Below are positions 27,558 through 37,025 of a stretch of DNA of 64,000 bases, in pieces. Within the stretch, counting starts at the first letter, position 1. The number at the start of each line of letters is the position of its first letter. The translations under genes were made by a program, and so were the position numbers. The DNA is from Candidatus Nomurabacteria bacterium (GTDB lineage Bacteria > Patescibacteriota > Minisyncoccia > Phycocordibacterales > JACOZG01). The stretch spans positions 2,540 to 66,539 of the forward strand of contig JADLCI010000001.1 of the NCBI GenBank assembly GCA_020847275.1, read 5' to 3'. Under the pieces are notes generated by a model. That model saw nothing but the letters and a program-made list of their open reading frames with translations, searched no databases and was not told the origin of the DNA.

Positions 27558-27842
27558 CTATCTGTCGGAAAGCGACGGCACGGGGAGAGAATTATTGTCG
27601 AGATTAAACGTCCCACCAAGCACATTGACCAAACCCCAGACCGAGACCATCACGAAGAGAGCGACAATTCCATAGATCATCATCTTCCTCCCCTCTTCTC
27701 GGTCGTCATCACTACCCGATTGCCTAACATATTTTAGCACGCCCATCAAAAAGTACGCAACCGCAACCGCCAAGAACAAGTAGGAAAGCGGATTAAGGAC
27801 CTTCGTAATCAATGTATTCACCAAATAAGCGAAATCTTTCAT
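27558..27842 (-). CDS. VirB2/TrbC-like pilin 3
   Basis: YVRQSGSDDDREEGRKMMIYGIVALFV. Confidence 0.78.
   Translation of the reverse strand: MKDFAYLVNTLITKVLNPLSYLFLAVAVAYFLMGVLKYVRQSGSDDDREEGRKMMIYGIVALFVMVSVWGLVNVLGGTFNLDNNSLPVPSLSDR
27604..27664. repeat. 61-bp exact direct repeat, copy 2
   Basis: Identical to 27221-27281. Confidence 0.95.
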
Positions 27843-27850
27843 AAATTATT

Positions 27851-28186
27851 TTATCGTCCGACCTCTAAACTAGTAATCGTATTCTCAATAACACTGGAAA
27901 TCACGAACGCCCCAAGCACAATTGCTGCGCCAATCACAACCGTTAGAAGAGCGTTCTTGGCCTTCTTCAGACCATCCTCACTGCCACGAGCAGAGACAAA
28001 CAGGAAGCCGACGTAAACCACGGCTAGGACCAAAATTGGCATCCCCACCTGGATAATAATCTCCAGGATCTTATTCACCAAATCACTCAAACTGTTAACG
28101 TTAATCGGGTTGCTTATTAGACCGCCGGATCCAGTATTCCCTGTTTGCTGCTGTGCGTGAGCAACGAGTAATTTCCAAGTAGACAT
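27851..28186 (-). CDS. VirB2/TrbC-like pilin 2
   Basis: ISNPI; YVGFLFVSARGSEDGLKKAKNALL..VIG. Confidence 0.8.
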   Translation of the reverse strand: MSTWKLLVAHAQQQTGNTGSGGLISNPINVNSLSDLVNKILEIIIQVGMPILVLAVVYVGFLFVSARGSEDGLKKAKNALLTVVIGAAIVLGAFVISSVIENTITSLEVGR

Positions 28187-28204
28187 TAGTTTAATCCTAA
28201 CATT

Positions 28205-28609
28205 TTAATTACCAAGTGGCACCACTCGTTCGATACTACTACGAAATTCAGGCTTAATTAAAGATTTCACGATTGTGGTAACAATCAACCAGGCCCCAAT
28301 GACTAAAACGAGCCCAATGACCGCCGCTTCAATAATCTCCTTACCTTCAGTCCGTTTCCCTTCTTTACCTGGATTACTGGCCATAATAATACCAGCGTAA
28401 ACAATTGCGATGGTGGCCACCGGCACAGCCAATGTAAAAACGAAATACTTAATAATCTTGTCGAGAAGAATGAAGAAATCTGCCGCACCACAATCGTCAC
28501 CAGCACAAGTGGGAACCAGCGGCGCTTGAGCGTATGCAAGAGTCGCCACTCCCAAGAAGCCAACTAGACAAAGGGAAACGACAAGGACTTTAATTGCTGA
28601 TGTTCTCAT
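28205..28609 (-). CDS. VirB2/TrbC-like pilin 1
   Basis: Signal peptide AYAQ; CAGDDC; IVYAGI...GKEIIEAAVIGL. Confidence 0.78.
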   Translation of the reverse strand: MRTSAIKVLVVSLCLVGFLGVATLAYAQAPLVPTCAGDDCGAADFFILLDKIIKYFVFTLAVPVATIAIVYAGIIMASNPGKEGKRTEGKEIIEAAVIGLVLVIGAWLIVTTIVKSLIKPEFRSSIERVVPLGN

Positions 28610-29924
28610 CTCGGCGTGGTAACAAATTTTCTAATTCTATATCGGCATTACTAATTGCCCGATCGGCATCGACCTGGCCAAGTGCAATTGACTCTGCTAG
28701 ACGACGAAAAATTGCCTGCGTCTTGCTTGGATCTGGATCTAGCCAGTCACGAGCAAGAATTGCGGCCTGATAGAGCACGGCCAGATTGGGATCCGACGGT
28801 GCTTTGGTAAGCAAATCATTGCGCGCTGGTGGTAAGCCAACCGCACCCGCAATCATCGCGCCAAACTTACTGCCGGCGAGTATGGTGGAAACAAGATAGG
28901 CCGTCGTCGGATTCTTAGCGCCAAGGGGAATACCGAGAAAATAAAACCGCCCGAGCGTAACTTGCTTTGCGCCCACGTCACGCTGCGGCGGCAGTGTTAG
29001 ATAAAAATTGAGTTGCGGATTCTGTACCGCCAGGCGTGAAAGCTCGCTTCCGAAACCAAAGTAGAGAGCAAGGCGACCGCGAAGAAATGCCTCGAGTGCT
29101 TCCGGCTGGGAGCTATTCCAAGCATAAAGGGTATTAGTCGGATCAGTAAAACGAAGAAAAAAGGCAACCGCTTCGCCGGCCGGCGCCTTATTGAAACCAA
29201 GCGAATCTTTTAGCGTTACGGTCGGGAAACCATTGCTACGGGCGACGATTGGATTGCCGGCTTGGATGAAAAGTAGCGAGAGCAATTCCTTGGCATGTGT
29301 AATATTACTAAAAGAACCTATCGCCATCGCTGCCTGATTAATATTTCCCCGACCATCAGCTTGTGTGAGTAATTTAATCGCCGGTGCTAAATCCTTCCAT
29401 AAACGAGGGACCAGTGGCAGCTTAGCGTTAGTCAGCAAATCTTGATTATAATAGAGAACCAGTGGGTCAACATAAATCGGTAGACCGATCACGCCGTTTG
29501 ATCCAAACATGAGTTCCCAATCTTTCAAACTAGTCCCCAATACAAAAGTGTCTTTAAAAGATTGTCGAGAAATTGAGGCATAGGGAATCGGCTGAAGTTT
29601 TGCTTCCTGTCGTAAAAGTTGATCCGAGGCAAGGGTAACCAAGTCTGGTCCGCGACCGAGGGCTAGAGCCTCCACCAAATCGTTCTCAATAGTTTCGGGA
29701 TTTTTCTCAACATATTGTAGGGTGAAATCACCGTCATGTTCACGACTAATCTGATTCAACATCTCCCCCAAACTATCTTCAGGAATTGTCCCCCACCACA
29801 CAACTAACCCCCCTGTTCCTCCTTCCGGCGCACGAAAACCCGGCAAAACACCAGCAAAGACAAGCACGCCAACAATGAGCGCGACGATAAAAGCTCCGAC
29901 AATTGTCATCTGAAAGCCGTTCAT
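28590..29924 (-). CDS. Extracellular solute-binding protein (sugar SBP family 1-like)
   Basis: N-terminal TM; GRGPDL; GLPIYVDPLVLYYNQDLL; AFLRGRLALYFG. Confidence 0.85.
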   Translation of the reverse strand: MNGFQMTIVGAFIVALIVGVLVFAGVLPGFRAPEGGTGGLVVWWGTIPEDSLGEMLNQISREHDGDFTLQYVEKNPETIENDLVEALALGRGPDLVTLASDQLLRQEAKLQPIPYASISRQSFKDTFVLGTSLKDWELMFGSNGVIGLPIYVDPLVLYYNQDLLTNAKLPLVPRLWKDLAPAIKLLTQADGRGNINQAAMAIGSFSNITHAKELLSLLFIQAGNPIVARSNGFPTVTLKDSLGFNKAPAGEAVAFFLRFTDPTNTLYAWNSSQPEALEAFLRGRLALYFGFGSELSRLAVQNPQLNFYLTLPPQRDVGAKQVTLGRFYFLGIPLGAKNPTTAYLVSTILAGSKFGAMIAGAVGLPPARNDLLTKAPSDPNLAVLYQAAILARDWLDPDPSKTQAIFRRLAESIALGQVDADRAISNADIELENLLPRRDENISN

Positions 29925-30460
29925 GGTTGTCTAGAATTTTTCTGGAACATTAGACCATAATGATGCTCCCCGGCCGGAAAATCGTTTAGAAAAGTCATTT
30001 CTGCTTGTGCGCCAATCTCCTTAACCTCTTCTGGGTGAACTACTCTATCCTCCGCGGGACCGAGATTCCCAAAGGAGCCTGACCACTCTACCACAGCTAG
30101 ACGACCCCCAGCTCTCAAGACCCGTTTCGCCTCTAATATCATCGTATATTTTGCATCAGACTGAAAGAGGATGTTGGCCAGTAGAACAAGATCGGCAACG
30201 CCGTCGCGAAGACCCGTACCGCCAATCTTATCGACATCGCCATGAACAATCTTGAGGTTGTTGATTCGCTGAGTCTTGACCTCCCTAGCTAACCGTTCAA
30301 GCAAAACCTGCTGAACTTCCACAGCATAAACCAACCCCGTAACACCAACCTGACGAGCCATTGCCAAACTATAAGCCCCAGACCCAGACCCAAAGTCCAC
30401 GGCCCGATTACCCTCTACTAAACCAAGTCTCTTCACATTCTCAATTGGATCGGAGAACAT
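29921..30460 (-). CDS. Class I SAM-dependent methyltransferase
   Basis: DFGSGSG, VYAVEVQ, EAKRVLRAGG; start MFSDP. Confidence 0.88.
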   Translation of the reverse strand: MFSDPIENVKRLGLVEGNRAVDFGSGSGAYSLAMARQVGVTGLVYAVEVQQVLLERLAREVKTQRINNLKIVHGDVDKIGGTGLRDGVADLVLLANILFQSDAKYTMILEAKRVLRAGGRLAVVEWSGSFGNLGPAEDRVVHPEEVKEIGAQAEMTFLNDFPAGEHHYGLMFQKNSRQP

Positions 30461-30494
30461 GGAGAAATTATAACACAGACTAATCACGAAAACC

Positions 30495-32936
30495 CTACAA
30501 AAACGCCAGCGAAGCTAAATGATCCTTCTCTCGAAGTTTCATAATGCGCACTCCTTGTGTTTGACGGCCAAGTGTCGAGATCTCCCCGAGCGCTGTACGA
30601 ATTACTTGCCCTTGTTTACTCATTGCCACAATTTCGCTTTCTTCTGGATAGATTACTTTTCCCGCCACAAGTTTACCTGTTTTCGCTGTTAACTGGGCTG
30701 TTTTGATACCAGAACCTCCACGCCTTTGAGTTTTATATTCAGATAGTTTTGTTTTTTTGCCATAACCATTTTCGGTCATCACGAGAAAGGTGCTATCGCG
30801 ATGTGAAGACTTAATCACACTTGCGCCAACAACCTCATCATTCTTTTTCAGTTTAATCCCCCTCACACCGCCAGCCGCCCGGCCCATCTCGCGAATATCT
30901 TTCTCAGTAAAACGAATCGACTGCCCAGCGGAGGAAGCCACGATCACCTCATCACCAGTTTCCACCAACAGGACGGAGAGCAATGCGTCTCCTGGACTTA
31001 GCTTGATGGCCATAATACCACTGCGTCGCACATCCGAGAAACTCTCACCGGAAACCTTTTTTGCCACGCCATTCTTGGTCAGCATTATTAAACCCGCCTT
31101 CTTCCCCTTCTGTCCCTTGGGAATAGACAGAACGGAAGTAATCTTCTCGTCATCAGCGAGTGGCAAGAAATTCATCACCGACTTACCACGAGTCGCCCTT
31201 TTACCTTCTGGTAAATCATACATTTTCAATTGATAGGCCTTGCCACGATTGGTAAAGAAAAGCATGTCGCTATGGGTATTGGCAGAAAGTAAAATTGTCA
31301 CAAAATCCTCCTCCTTCACATTCAGATCTACAACTCCCACTCCACCACGTCGCTGGGCCCGGTATTCGGAAGGATCGGTTCTTTTAATATAGCCGCCGGC
31401 CGTAACCACCAAAACATTTTCTTTCTCTGGCACAAGATCCTCGGTGTTAATCTCCCCCGCCGCATGTTTAATTACTTTAGTTTTGCGAGGTTTACCATAT
31501 TTCTGGATAATCTCAGTAAACTCTTGTTTAATCACCCCACGAATCTTCTCGTCACTAGCAAGAAGGGCCTTCAGTTCTTTGATCAACGCTTGCTTCTCCT
31601 TCAATTCTTCCAAAATTTTCTTAATTTCTAAACCAGCCAATCGCTGCAACTTCATCTCCAAGATAGCCACAGCCTGCCTGTCAGAGAACTTAAACTTACT
31701 TATCAAGTTCGTCTTTGCCACATCAGCGTCAGTCGACTTCTTGATTGTTGCAATAATCTCGTCAATGATATCAATGGCTTTCTTCAGGCCGAGCAGGATG
31801 TGTTCGCGCTCTTCAGCACGAATGAGATCAAACTTCGTCCGACGAGTTATAATCTCCCGCCGATGTTTGATAAACTCTTCTGCCACATCACGAAGCGAGA
31901 GCAAGCGCGGGACACCATCTACTAACGCCAACTGATTGTAGTGAAAAACTGTTTCTAACTCCGTGTTTTTATATAAAGCATTTACAATTTTCTGTGGGAA
32001 AGCACCGTTCTTCAAATCGATTACGATGCGCATATTATCAAGAGTAGTGGATTCATCGCGCATATCTCTAATCCCCTCAAGCTTCTTCTCCCGCACCAGA
32101 TCAGCAATCTTTACAATAAGATCCGCCTTGTTGACCTGATAAGGAATAGAGGTGATTACAATCTGAAAAGAGCCTGATTTGTGCTCGACGATCTCTGTCT
32201 CACCGCGCACCAGAACACCGCCACGACCAGTGGCGCTCGCATGAGCAATATCTTTTTCGTTGAAAATAAGTCCGCCCGTTGGAAAATCCGGACCCTTCAC
32301 AAATTTTAACAAGTCGTCAGTGGTCGCCTCGGGGTCATCTACCAAATGGGTGAGCGCCGACATAACCTCAACCAAATTGTGTGGCAAAATTTTGGTTGCC
32401 ATACCAACAGCAATCCCGACGGTACCGTTGATTAATAAATTAGGAATGACTGAGGGCATTACTGTCGGCTCAGTTCTTGTGCCATCGTAATTAGGCGCAA
32501 AGGTAACGGTGTCCTTATCGATGTCACGCAGTATTTCTGCTGTAAGCGGTGCCATTTTGATCTCGGTATAACGCATCGCCGCCGGTGGGTCGCCATCAAT
32601 GGAGCCGAAGTTACCCTGACCAACGGCCAGAGGATGGAGCATTGAAAAATCTTGAGCTAAACGAACCAGCGCATCGTAACAAGCGGTATCGCCGTGAGGA
32701 TGGTATTTGCCGAGCACATCGCCGACAACCAAAGCCGACTTGCGAAATTTCGCCGCTGCACCTAGACCCAGCTCGTTCATCGAATGGAGAATCCGTCGGT
32801 GAACTGGTTTCAGTCCATCACGCACATCGGGAAGCGCGCGCGCGACAATTACACTCATCGCGTAATCAATGTACGAATCTTTCATCTCGCGGACAATGTC
32901 CACGCCGACTATTTTGTTAGTATCAGAGTTTTCCAT
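30495..32936 (-). CDS. gyrA: DNA gyrase subunit A
   Basis: [26 protein letters not shown], GyrA-box QRRGGVG. Confidence 0.98.
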   Translation of the reverse strand: MENSDTNKIVGVDIVREMKDSYIDYAMSVIVARALPDVRDGLKPVHRRILHSMNELGLGAAAKFRKSALVVGDVLGKYHPHGDTACYDALVRLAQDFSMLHPLAVGQGNFGSIDGDPPAAMRYTEIKMAPLTAEILRDIDKDTVTFAPNYDGTRTEPTVMPSVIPNLLINGTVGIAVGMATKILPHNLVEVMSALTHLVDDPEATTDDLLKFVKGPDFPTGGLIFNEKDIAHASATGRGGVLVRGETEIVEHKSGSFQIVITSIPYQVNKADLIVKIADLVREKKLEGIRDMRDESTTLDNMRIVIDLKNGAFPQKIVNALYKNTELETVFHYNQLALVDGVPRLLSLRDVAEEFIKHRREIITRRTKFDLIRAEEREHILLGLKKAIDIIDEIIATIKKSTDADVAKTNLISKFKFSDRQAVAILEMKLQRLAGLEIKKILEELKEKQALIKELKALLASDEKIRGVIKQEFTEIIQKYGKPRKTKVIKHAAGEINTEDLVPEKENVLVVTAGGYIKRTDPSEYRAQRRGGVGVVDLNVKEEDFVTILLSANTHSDMLFFTNRGKAYQLKMYDLPEGKRATRGKSVMNFLPLADDEKITSVLSIPKGQKGKKAGLIMLTKNGVAKKVSGESFSDVRRSGIMAIKLSPGDALLSVLLVETGDEVIVASSAGQSIRFTEKDIREMGRAAGGVRGIKLKKNDEVVGASVIKSSHRDSTFLVMTENGYGKKTKLSEYKTQRRGGSGIKTAQLTAKTGKLVAGKVIYPEESEIVAMSKQGQVIRTALGEISTLGRQTQGVRIMKLREKDHLASLAFL

Positions 32937-33154
32937 CCCGTTATTATTTTCAATTTAGCATCTGCCAGCCAATTTGTCTCGCTCGCCGGTTCCAACACCG
33001 GTGAGAATACCGGCCGAGCAGACAGGCGCCAGGCAAGCAACCAGAGTAGGATGATGAGGATTGTGAGCAGACTGGTACTCCACCATAGAATCCTCTTCCG
33101 TTTTGCCTCTGGCTCACGCCTCAACCCTTCTAGTTTCTGCCACCAATTTGTCAT
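32909..33154 (-). CDS. Small single-TM protein
   Basis: Basic N-terminus and TM; packed between the MBL-fold gene and gyrA. Confidence 0.7.
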   Translation of the reverse strand: MTNWWQKLEGLRREPEAKRKRILWWSTSLLTILIILLWLLAWRLSARPVFSPVLEPASETNWLADAKLKIITGWKTLILTK

Positions 33155-33156
33155 TT

Positions 33157-33765
33157 TCAGAAAGACTTAATGACAACGACTTCGCCTTCCTTATCCACCA
33201 AATCTTTCCTCTTCATCGTCCAACTATCAATCGGCTCGACCGTTTCACCCATATCCTTAAGGAAGGCCGCTAAACCTTTTGCGTCAAAGTTAACCGGAAC
33301 AACCACCCGTGGTTCAAGCAGGGTGGCAAGCTTGTTGGCTCCTTTTGGACCCAGCAGGTCATCACTAATGGGAAGAAAAATAACATCAATCTTGCCGAGT
33401 GTTTCCACAACCGAATCTGGAAGTTCGGGCTTCGCAAGCGCCCCAAGATGTGCGAGACGGACACCATCGAGAACAAGGAGATAGGCTACATTAATCTTCT
33501 CACTTGGACCAGAAGTGGAAAAACCTTGAACAAAGTCACCGGCAATCTCATATTCACCCGGACTATCGATGACAAACGGCACCCGGTCACCACGCGAAAC
33601 TTGCTCTACACCGTTATAAGCCGAGTCACGCAATGAGACAAGTGCTAAATCCGCACCAAATTTTGTAGGTTCAATGTCAGCTCCTTTACCAATGGGATTG
33701 AAAACAATCACCCGATCACCGAGCTGAACCTTCACCATCCCTAAGCCGAAATGACTAATAACCAT
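33157..33765 (-). CDS. MBL-fold protein with lost metal ligands
   Basis: IDSPGEYEI, LAHLGAL, IDVIFLPI, LEPRVVVP; HxHxDH absent. Confidence 0.8.
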   Translation of the reverse strand: MVISHFGLGMVKVQLGDRVIVFNPIGKGADIEPTKFGADLALVSLRDSAYNGVEQVSRGDRVPFVIDSPGEYEIAGDFVQGFSTSGPSEKINVAYLLVLDGVRLAHLGALAKPELPDSVVETLGKIDVIFLPISDDLLGPKGANKLATLLEPRVVVPVNFDAKGLAAFLKDMGETVEPIDSWTMKRKDLVDKEGEVVVIKSF

Positions 33766-33781
33766 GGCATTTAATTATAGC

Positions 33782-33809
33782 AAAAAACTGGCTTGAAAGC
33801 CAGTTTTTT
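33782..33809 (-). terminator. Intrinsic terminator
   Basis: AAAAAACTGGCT-TGAA-AGCCAGTTTTTT. Confidence 0.8.
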
Positions 33810-33830
33810 AGTCGAGTAAATCAGCTAAAC

Positions 33831-34283
33831 TTAAATGTGGATGCAAGTGCCAAAGAAGCCGAAGGAATGGGCCAAACCGATGGTCATGTAAGTATAACCA
33901 GCTGGACAATTTGGCAAACTTACACCCTGACAATCCATCACGCCAGATAAAGCACCGGAGAAACCACACCACTCACCGCGAAGATTAGTCTTACAGTTAC
34001 CAGCATCTTCACCCACACAGAGACGGCTCACGGCATGGAGCGTGCCATCAACACGAACATCTCCTCGAACAACCTGAGCATTTGCGCCCGAACCACCAGT
34101 GGTCAAACTAAGCGAAGGCGTTGTCGCGGGAGTGCCGACAGTGGCACCGTTAGGAGTGTTAATTTCATCAATAACATCCTTCGCGATACCGGACAAACTC
34201 TTAGGCACCAGAGCATCTGCGACCATAATACTCGAGAGAACAAGTGTTATAGCGGCCATGACTACTGCAAAATATTTAAACAT
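33831..34283 (-). CDS. Secreted Cys-containing protein
   Basis: Signal peptide; C-terminal WCG...CQG...CPAGY...TC. Confidence 0.7.
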   Translation of the reverse strand: MFKYFAVVMAAITLVLSSIMVADALVPKSLSGIAKDVIDEINTPNGATVGTPATTPSLSLTTGGSGANAQVVRGDVRVDGTLHAVSRLCVGEDAGNCKTNLRGEWCGFSGALSGVMDCQGVSLPNCPAGYTYMTIGLAHSFGFFGTCIHI

Positions 34284-34371
34284 AGAAAATTAGCTAATTG
34301 GTTAATAATCTTTTTCTGCTAACCATTATACAGCTAGGACTTGATAAATAAAAGTAAATCTATATAATGCT

Positions 34372-35472
34372 GTGGATATGTTAAAGGAAGAGAAAAAGGA
34401 AGCAGTCATCCTAACAGTGATGGATGAGATCTTGCGCGACACCATCGAGAAGCCTCGCGAGCAGTCTATTGTGACCGGAACGGTTATCGGTAAGGCAAAA
34501 ATGGCCGTCTATGTGGATATTCCACCCTTTGGAACAGGGCTAATCTTCGGACGGGAATACTTAAATGCTAGGGATCTGCTGAAAGAAATCAGTATCGGGG
34601 ACACGATCAGCGCCAAGGTTGTGACGTCAGAAGGTGAGGACGGCTACATGGAGCTGTCGCTGAAAGAAGCCAAGCAAGCATTGATCTGGGCCGAGGCCAA
34701 ACGGGCGATTGAAGAAAATACGCTCTTTGAGGTGCTCGTTAAGAATGCCAACAAAGGTGGTTTAACCCTAGCTTGGCAAGGATTGGATGGTTTCATCCCC
34801 GCCTCCCAACTAAAACCAGAACATTACCCGAAAGTGGTTGACGGAGATAAAAACAAAATAATGGAAGAACTGAAAAAGCTCGTCGGAGAGAAGCTCCCAG
34901 TCTATCTGATCGGAGCAGACCCGAAAGAGGGCAAGCTCATTTTTTCAGAAAAAGCTGTTTCTAGTAAGAGCCGTCGCGACATTGTCTCGAAATATAGCCT
35001 CGGCGATGTGGTTTCCGGTGAAGTAACCGGCGTAGTAGACTTCGGTATCTTCGTGAAGATTGAGGAAGGCTTCGAAGGTTTGGTACACATTTCAGAATTA
35101 GATTGGTCGCTAGTAGAAAATCCTCGTGACCACTTCAAGGTTGGCGATAAGCTGAAGGCAAAAATCATTGAGATAAAAGATGATAAAATTTCACTTTCCA
35201 TCAAAGCGCTGAAACCAAATCCCTGGCAAGCGGCAGAGAAAAAATACAACAAAGAGGAGCGGGTAACCGGGGTCGTAATCAAACACAATAAACACGGCGC
35301 GCTTGTTTCCATCGAGGAAGGTGTAGCTGGCCTGGTTCATATCTCCGAATTTGCGAATGAAGATGACCTAAAAAAGAAGCTGGAGCTTGGCAAGACCTAT
35401 CCTTTCACCATCAACGTTTTCGAACCCAAAAACCACAAGATGACACTCTCGTTCGGACACAAGGAAAAGTAA
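34372..35472 (+). CDS. rpsA: 30S ribosomal protein S1 (four S1 domains)
   Basis: ANKGGL, GFIPASQL, FGIFVKI..G.EGLVHISEL repeats. Confidence 0.93.
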   Translation: MDMLKEEKKEAVILTVMDEILRDTIEKPREQSIVTGTVIGKAKMAVYVDIPPFGTGLIFGREYLNARDLLKEISIGDTISAKVVTSEGEDGYMELSLKEAKQALIWAEAKRAIEENTLFEVLVKNANKGGLTLAWQGLDGFIPASQLKPEHYPKVVDGDKNKIMEELKKLVGEKLPVYLIGADPKEGKLIFSEKAVSSKSRRDIVSKYSLGDVVSGEVTGVVDFGIFVKIEEGFEGLVHISELDWSLVENPRDHFKVGDKLKAKIIEIKDDKISLSIKALKPNPWQAAEKKYNKEERVTGVVIKHNKHGALVSIEEGVAGLVHISEFANEDDLKKKLELGKTYPFTINVFEPKNHKMTLSFGHKEK

Positions 35473-35505
35473 GAGAAACTGGGGAGAAAAAAGTTGGTCA
35501 GAGAG

Positions 35506-35534
35506 AAACCCCCCAAGTAAAACTTGGGGGGTTT
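35506..35534. terminator. Bidirectional terminator
   Basis: AAACCCCCCAAGT-AAA-ACTTGGGGGGTTT. Confidence 0.8.
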
Positions 35535-35557
35535 AATGGCCGACCACTGCGACTAAT

Positions 35558-35782
35558 TCAACACGGGGGAAGGAAAAGTGGTCCCGAAGATTCGCCATCC
35601 ATGTGTTTAGAAACAGGACAGGCCAACAGGGAAATGGCCACTACCAAGAGATCCAGAACAAATAAGATCGCGTACCAGAGGGTCCAGGAACCCCCATTAA
35701 CATTCCTTAGTATCGCAAAAACACTCAGGAACCAACAAACTAGGCTGATAGCACACATCTGCTTACAGGTAGGCATCTTCAT
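35558..35782 (-). CDS. Orphan 2-TM small protein
   Basis: GAGGAG SD, boxA-like GTTCTTTTGAG, upstream TTGACA-18-CATAAT. Confidence 0.6.
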   Translation of the reverse strand: MKMPTCKQMCAISLVCWFLSVFAILRNVNGGSWTLWYAILFVLDLLVVAISLLACPVSKHMDGESSGPLFLPPC

Positions 35783-35885
35783 TTTCTCTCCTCAAAAGAA
35801 CTAGATCCAGTATCATTTCAGAAGCTACCACAATTATGACAAAGTCAACGCACAGATGTCAACATCAACGAAAAAACGGTTAGTT

Positions 35886-36431
35886 TTAGTTGAAAAGTGT
35901 CATTGCTTTTTCCTTCCCCTCTTCAACAATCAATTCAATTGCCGCCGCAACCTTTTTGCCTAAACCTTGGACTGTTTTGAGCTCCGCTGGTTTGAAGTTA
36001 CCAAGAATGTGCTTAAGAATTGGTTGTTTTTTACCAATTCCCAATCGAATTCTGACAAACTCCCTTGTCTTGATTTGTTTAATAATAGAATCTAAACCAC
36101 GATGACCCCCAGAACCACGATTCCAACTAATTCTAAGAATGCCCGTCGGCAAATCTAGATCGTCATGAACAACAATCAGTTTTGCCGCCGATTTTTTGTT
36201 TTTTATCAAACCCACCAAACTTTTTCCAGAATTATTCATCATTGTTTCTGGCAACAGAAAGAGTAAACTTTTATCGCCAGATTTAAGAGCCTTCCATTTT
36301 TTATCCGTCTTCCAATCAGCCAATTCTAATATCTGTCGAACTCTTTCTAGCACGATTCGACCGGCATTATGTCGCGTGTTTTTATACTCCTCTCCTGGAT
36401 TACCCAGACCAACAATTAAGTGGGGCATCAT
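35886..36431 (-). CDS. pth: Peptidyl-tRNA hydrolase
   Basis: LIVGLGNPG..Y..TRHNAG, HDDLDL, GGHRGL, RIRLGIG. Confidence 0.96.
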   Translation of the reverse strand: MMPHLIVGLGNPGEEYKNTRHNAGRIVLERVRQILELADWKTDKKWKALKSGDKSLLFLLPETMMNNSGKSLVGLIKNKKSAAKLIVVHDDLDLPTGILRISWNRGSGGHRGLDSIIKQIKTREFVRIRLGIGKKQPILKHILGNFKPAELKTVQGLGKKVAAAIELIVEEGKEKAMTLFN

Positions 36432-36483
36432 TGAATATTAACACAGTTGCAAGGACATTAAAAAGAGAGTAAAATAGCGCGAT

Positions 36484-37017
36484 ATGTGGCAGAAAATTCG
36501 GTCTGGAATCTGGGAAACAGTGAAGTTTATCTTCATCACCCTTGTTATTGTCATACCGATTCGTGCCTATGTGGCCCAACCATTCATTGTCAGTGGAGCC
36601 TCCATGGATCCAACCTTCCACAACAATGAATATCTGATTGTGGACGAACTATCTTACCATCTTCGCGAGCCAGTGCGTGGTGAAGTTGTTGTCTTCCAAT
36701 ATCCGAAAGCGCCACAGACTCATTTCATTAAAAGGATAATCGGTCTACCGGGAGAAACAATCGCCATTCATGGAAACGAAGTAACGATTAACGGCGTCAA
36801 GCTGAATGAAGATTATATTAAAAAGCCATTTGATTCGGAATTACCACCGACAAAACTTTTTGATAATGAATATTTTGTAATGGGCGACAACCGATCGGTA
36901 AGTCTCGATTCACGCGCCTGGGGAACAGTAGAAAAACACTTTATGACCGGAAGAGCTTTTCTACGTCTATTCCCGTTGACGAAAATTTCCCTCCTCCCCG
37001 GTCAACAGAATTTCTAA
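36484..37017 (+). CDS. lepB: Signal peptidase I
   Basis: SGASMDPT, FIKRIIGLPGE, MGDNRSVSLDSR. Confidence 0.96.
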   Translation: MWQKIRSGIWETVKFIFITLVIVIPIRAYVAQPFIVSGASMDPTFHNNEYLIVDELSYHLREPVRGEVVVFQYPKAPQTHFIKRIIGLPGETIAIHGNEVTINGVKLNEDYIKKPFDSELPPTKLFDNEYFVMGDNRSVSLDSRAWGTVEKHFMTGRAFLRLFPLTKISLLPGQQNF

Positions 37018-37025
37018 AAAGGAAA

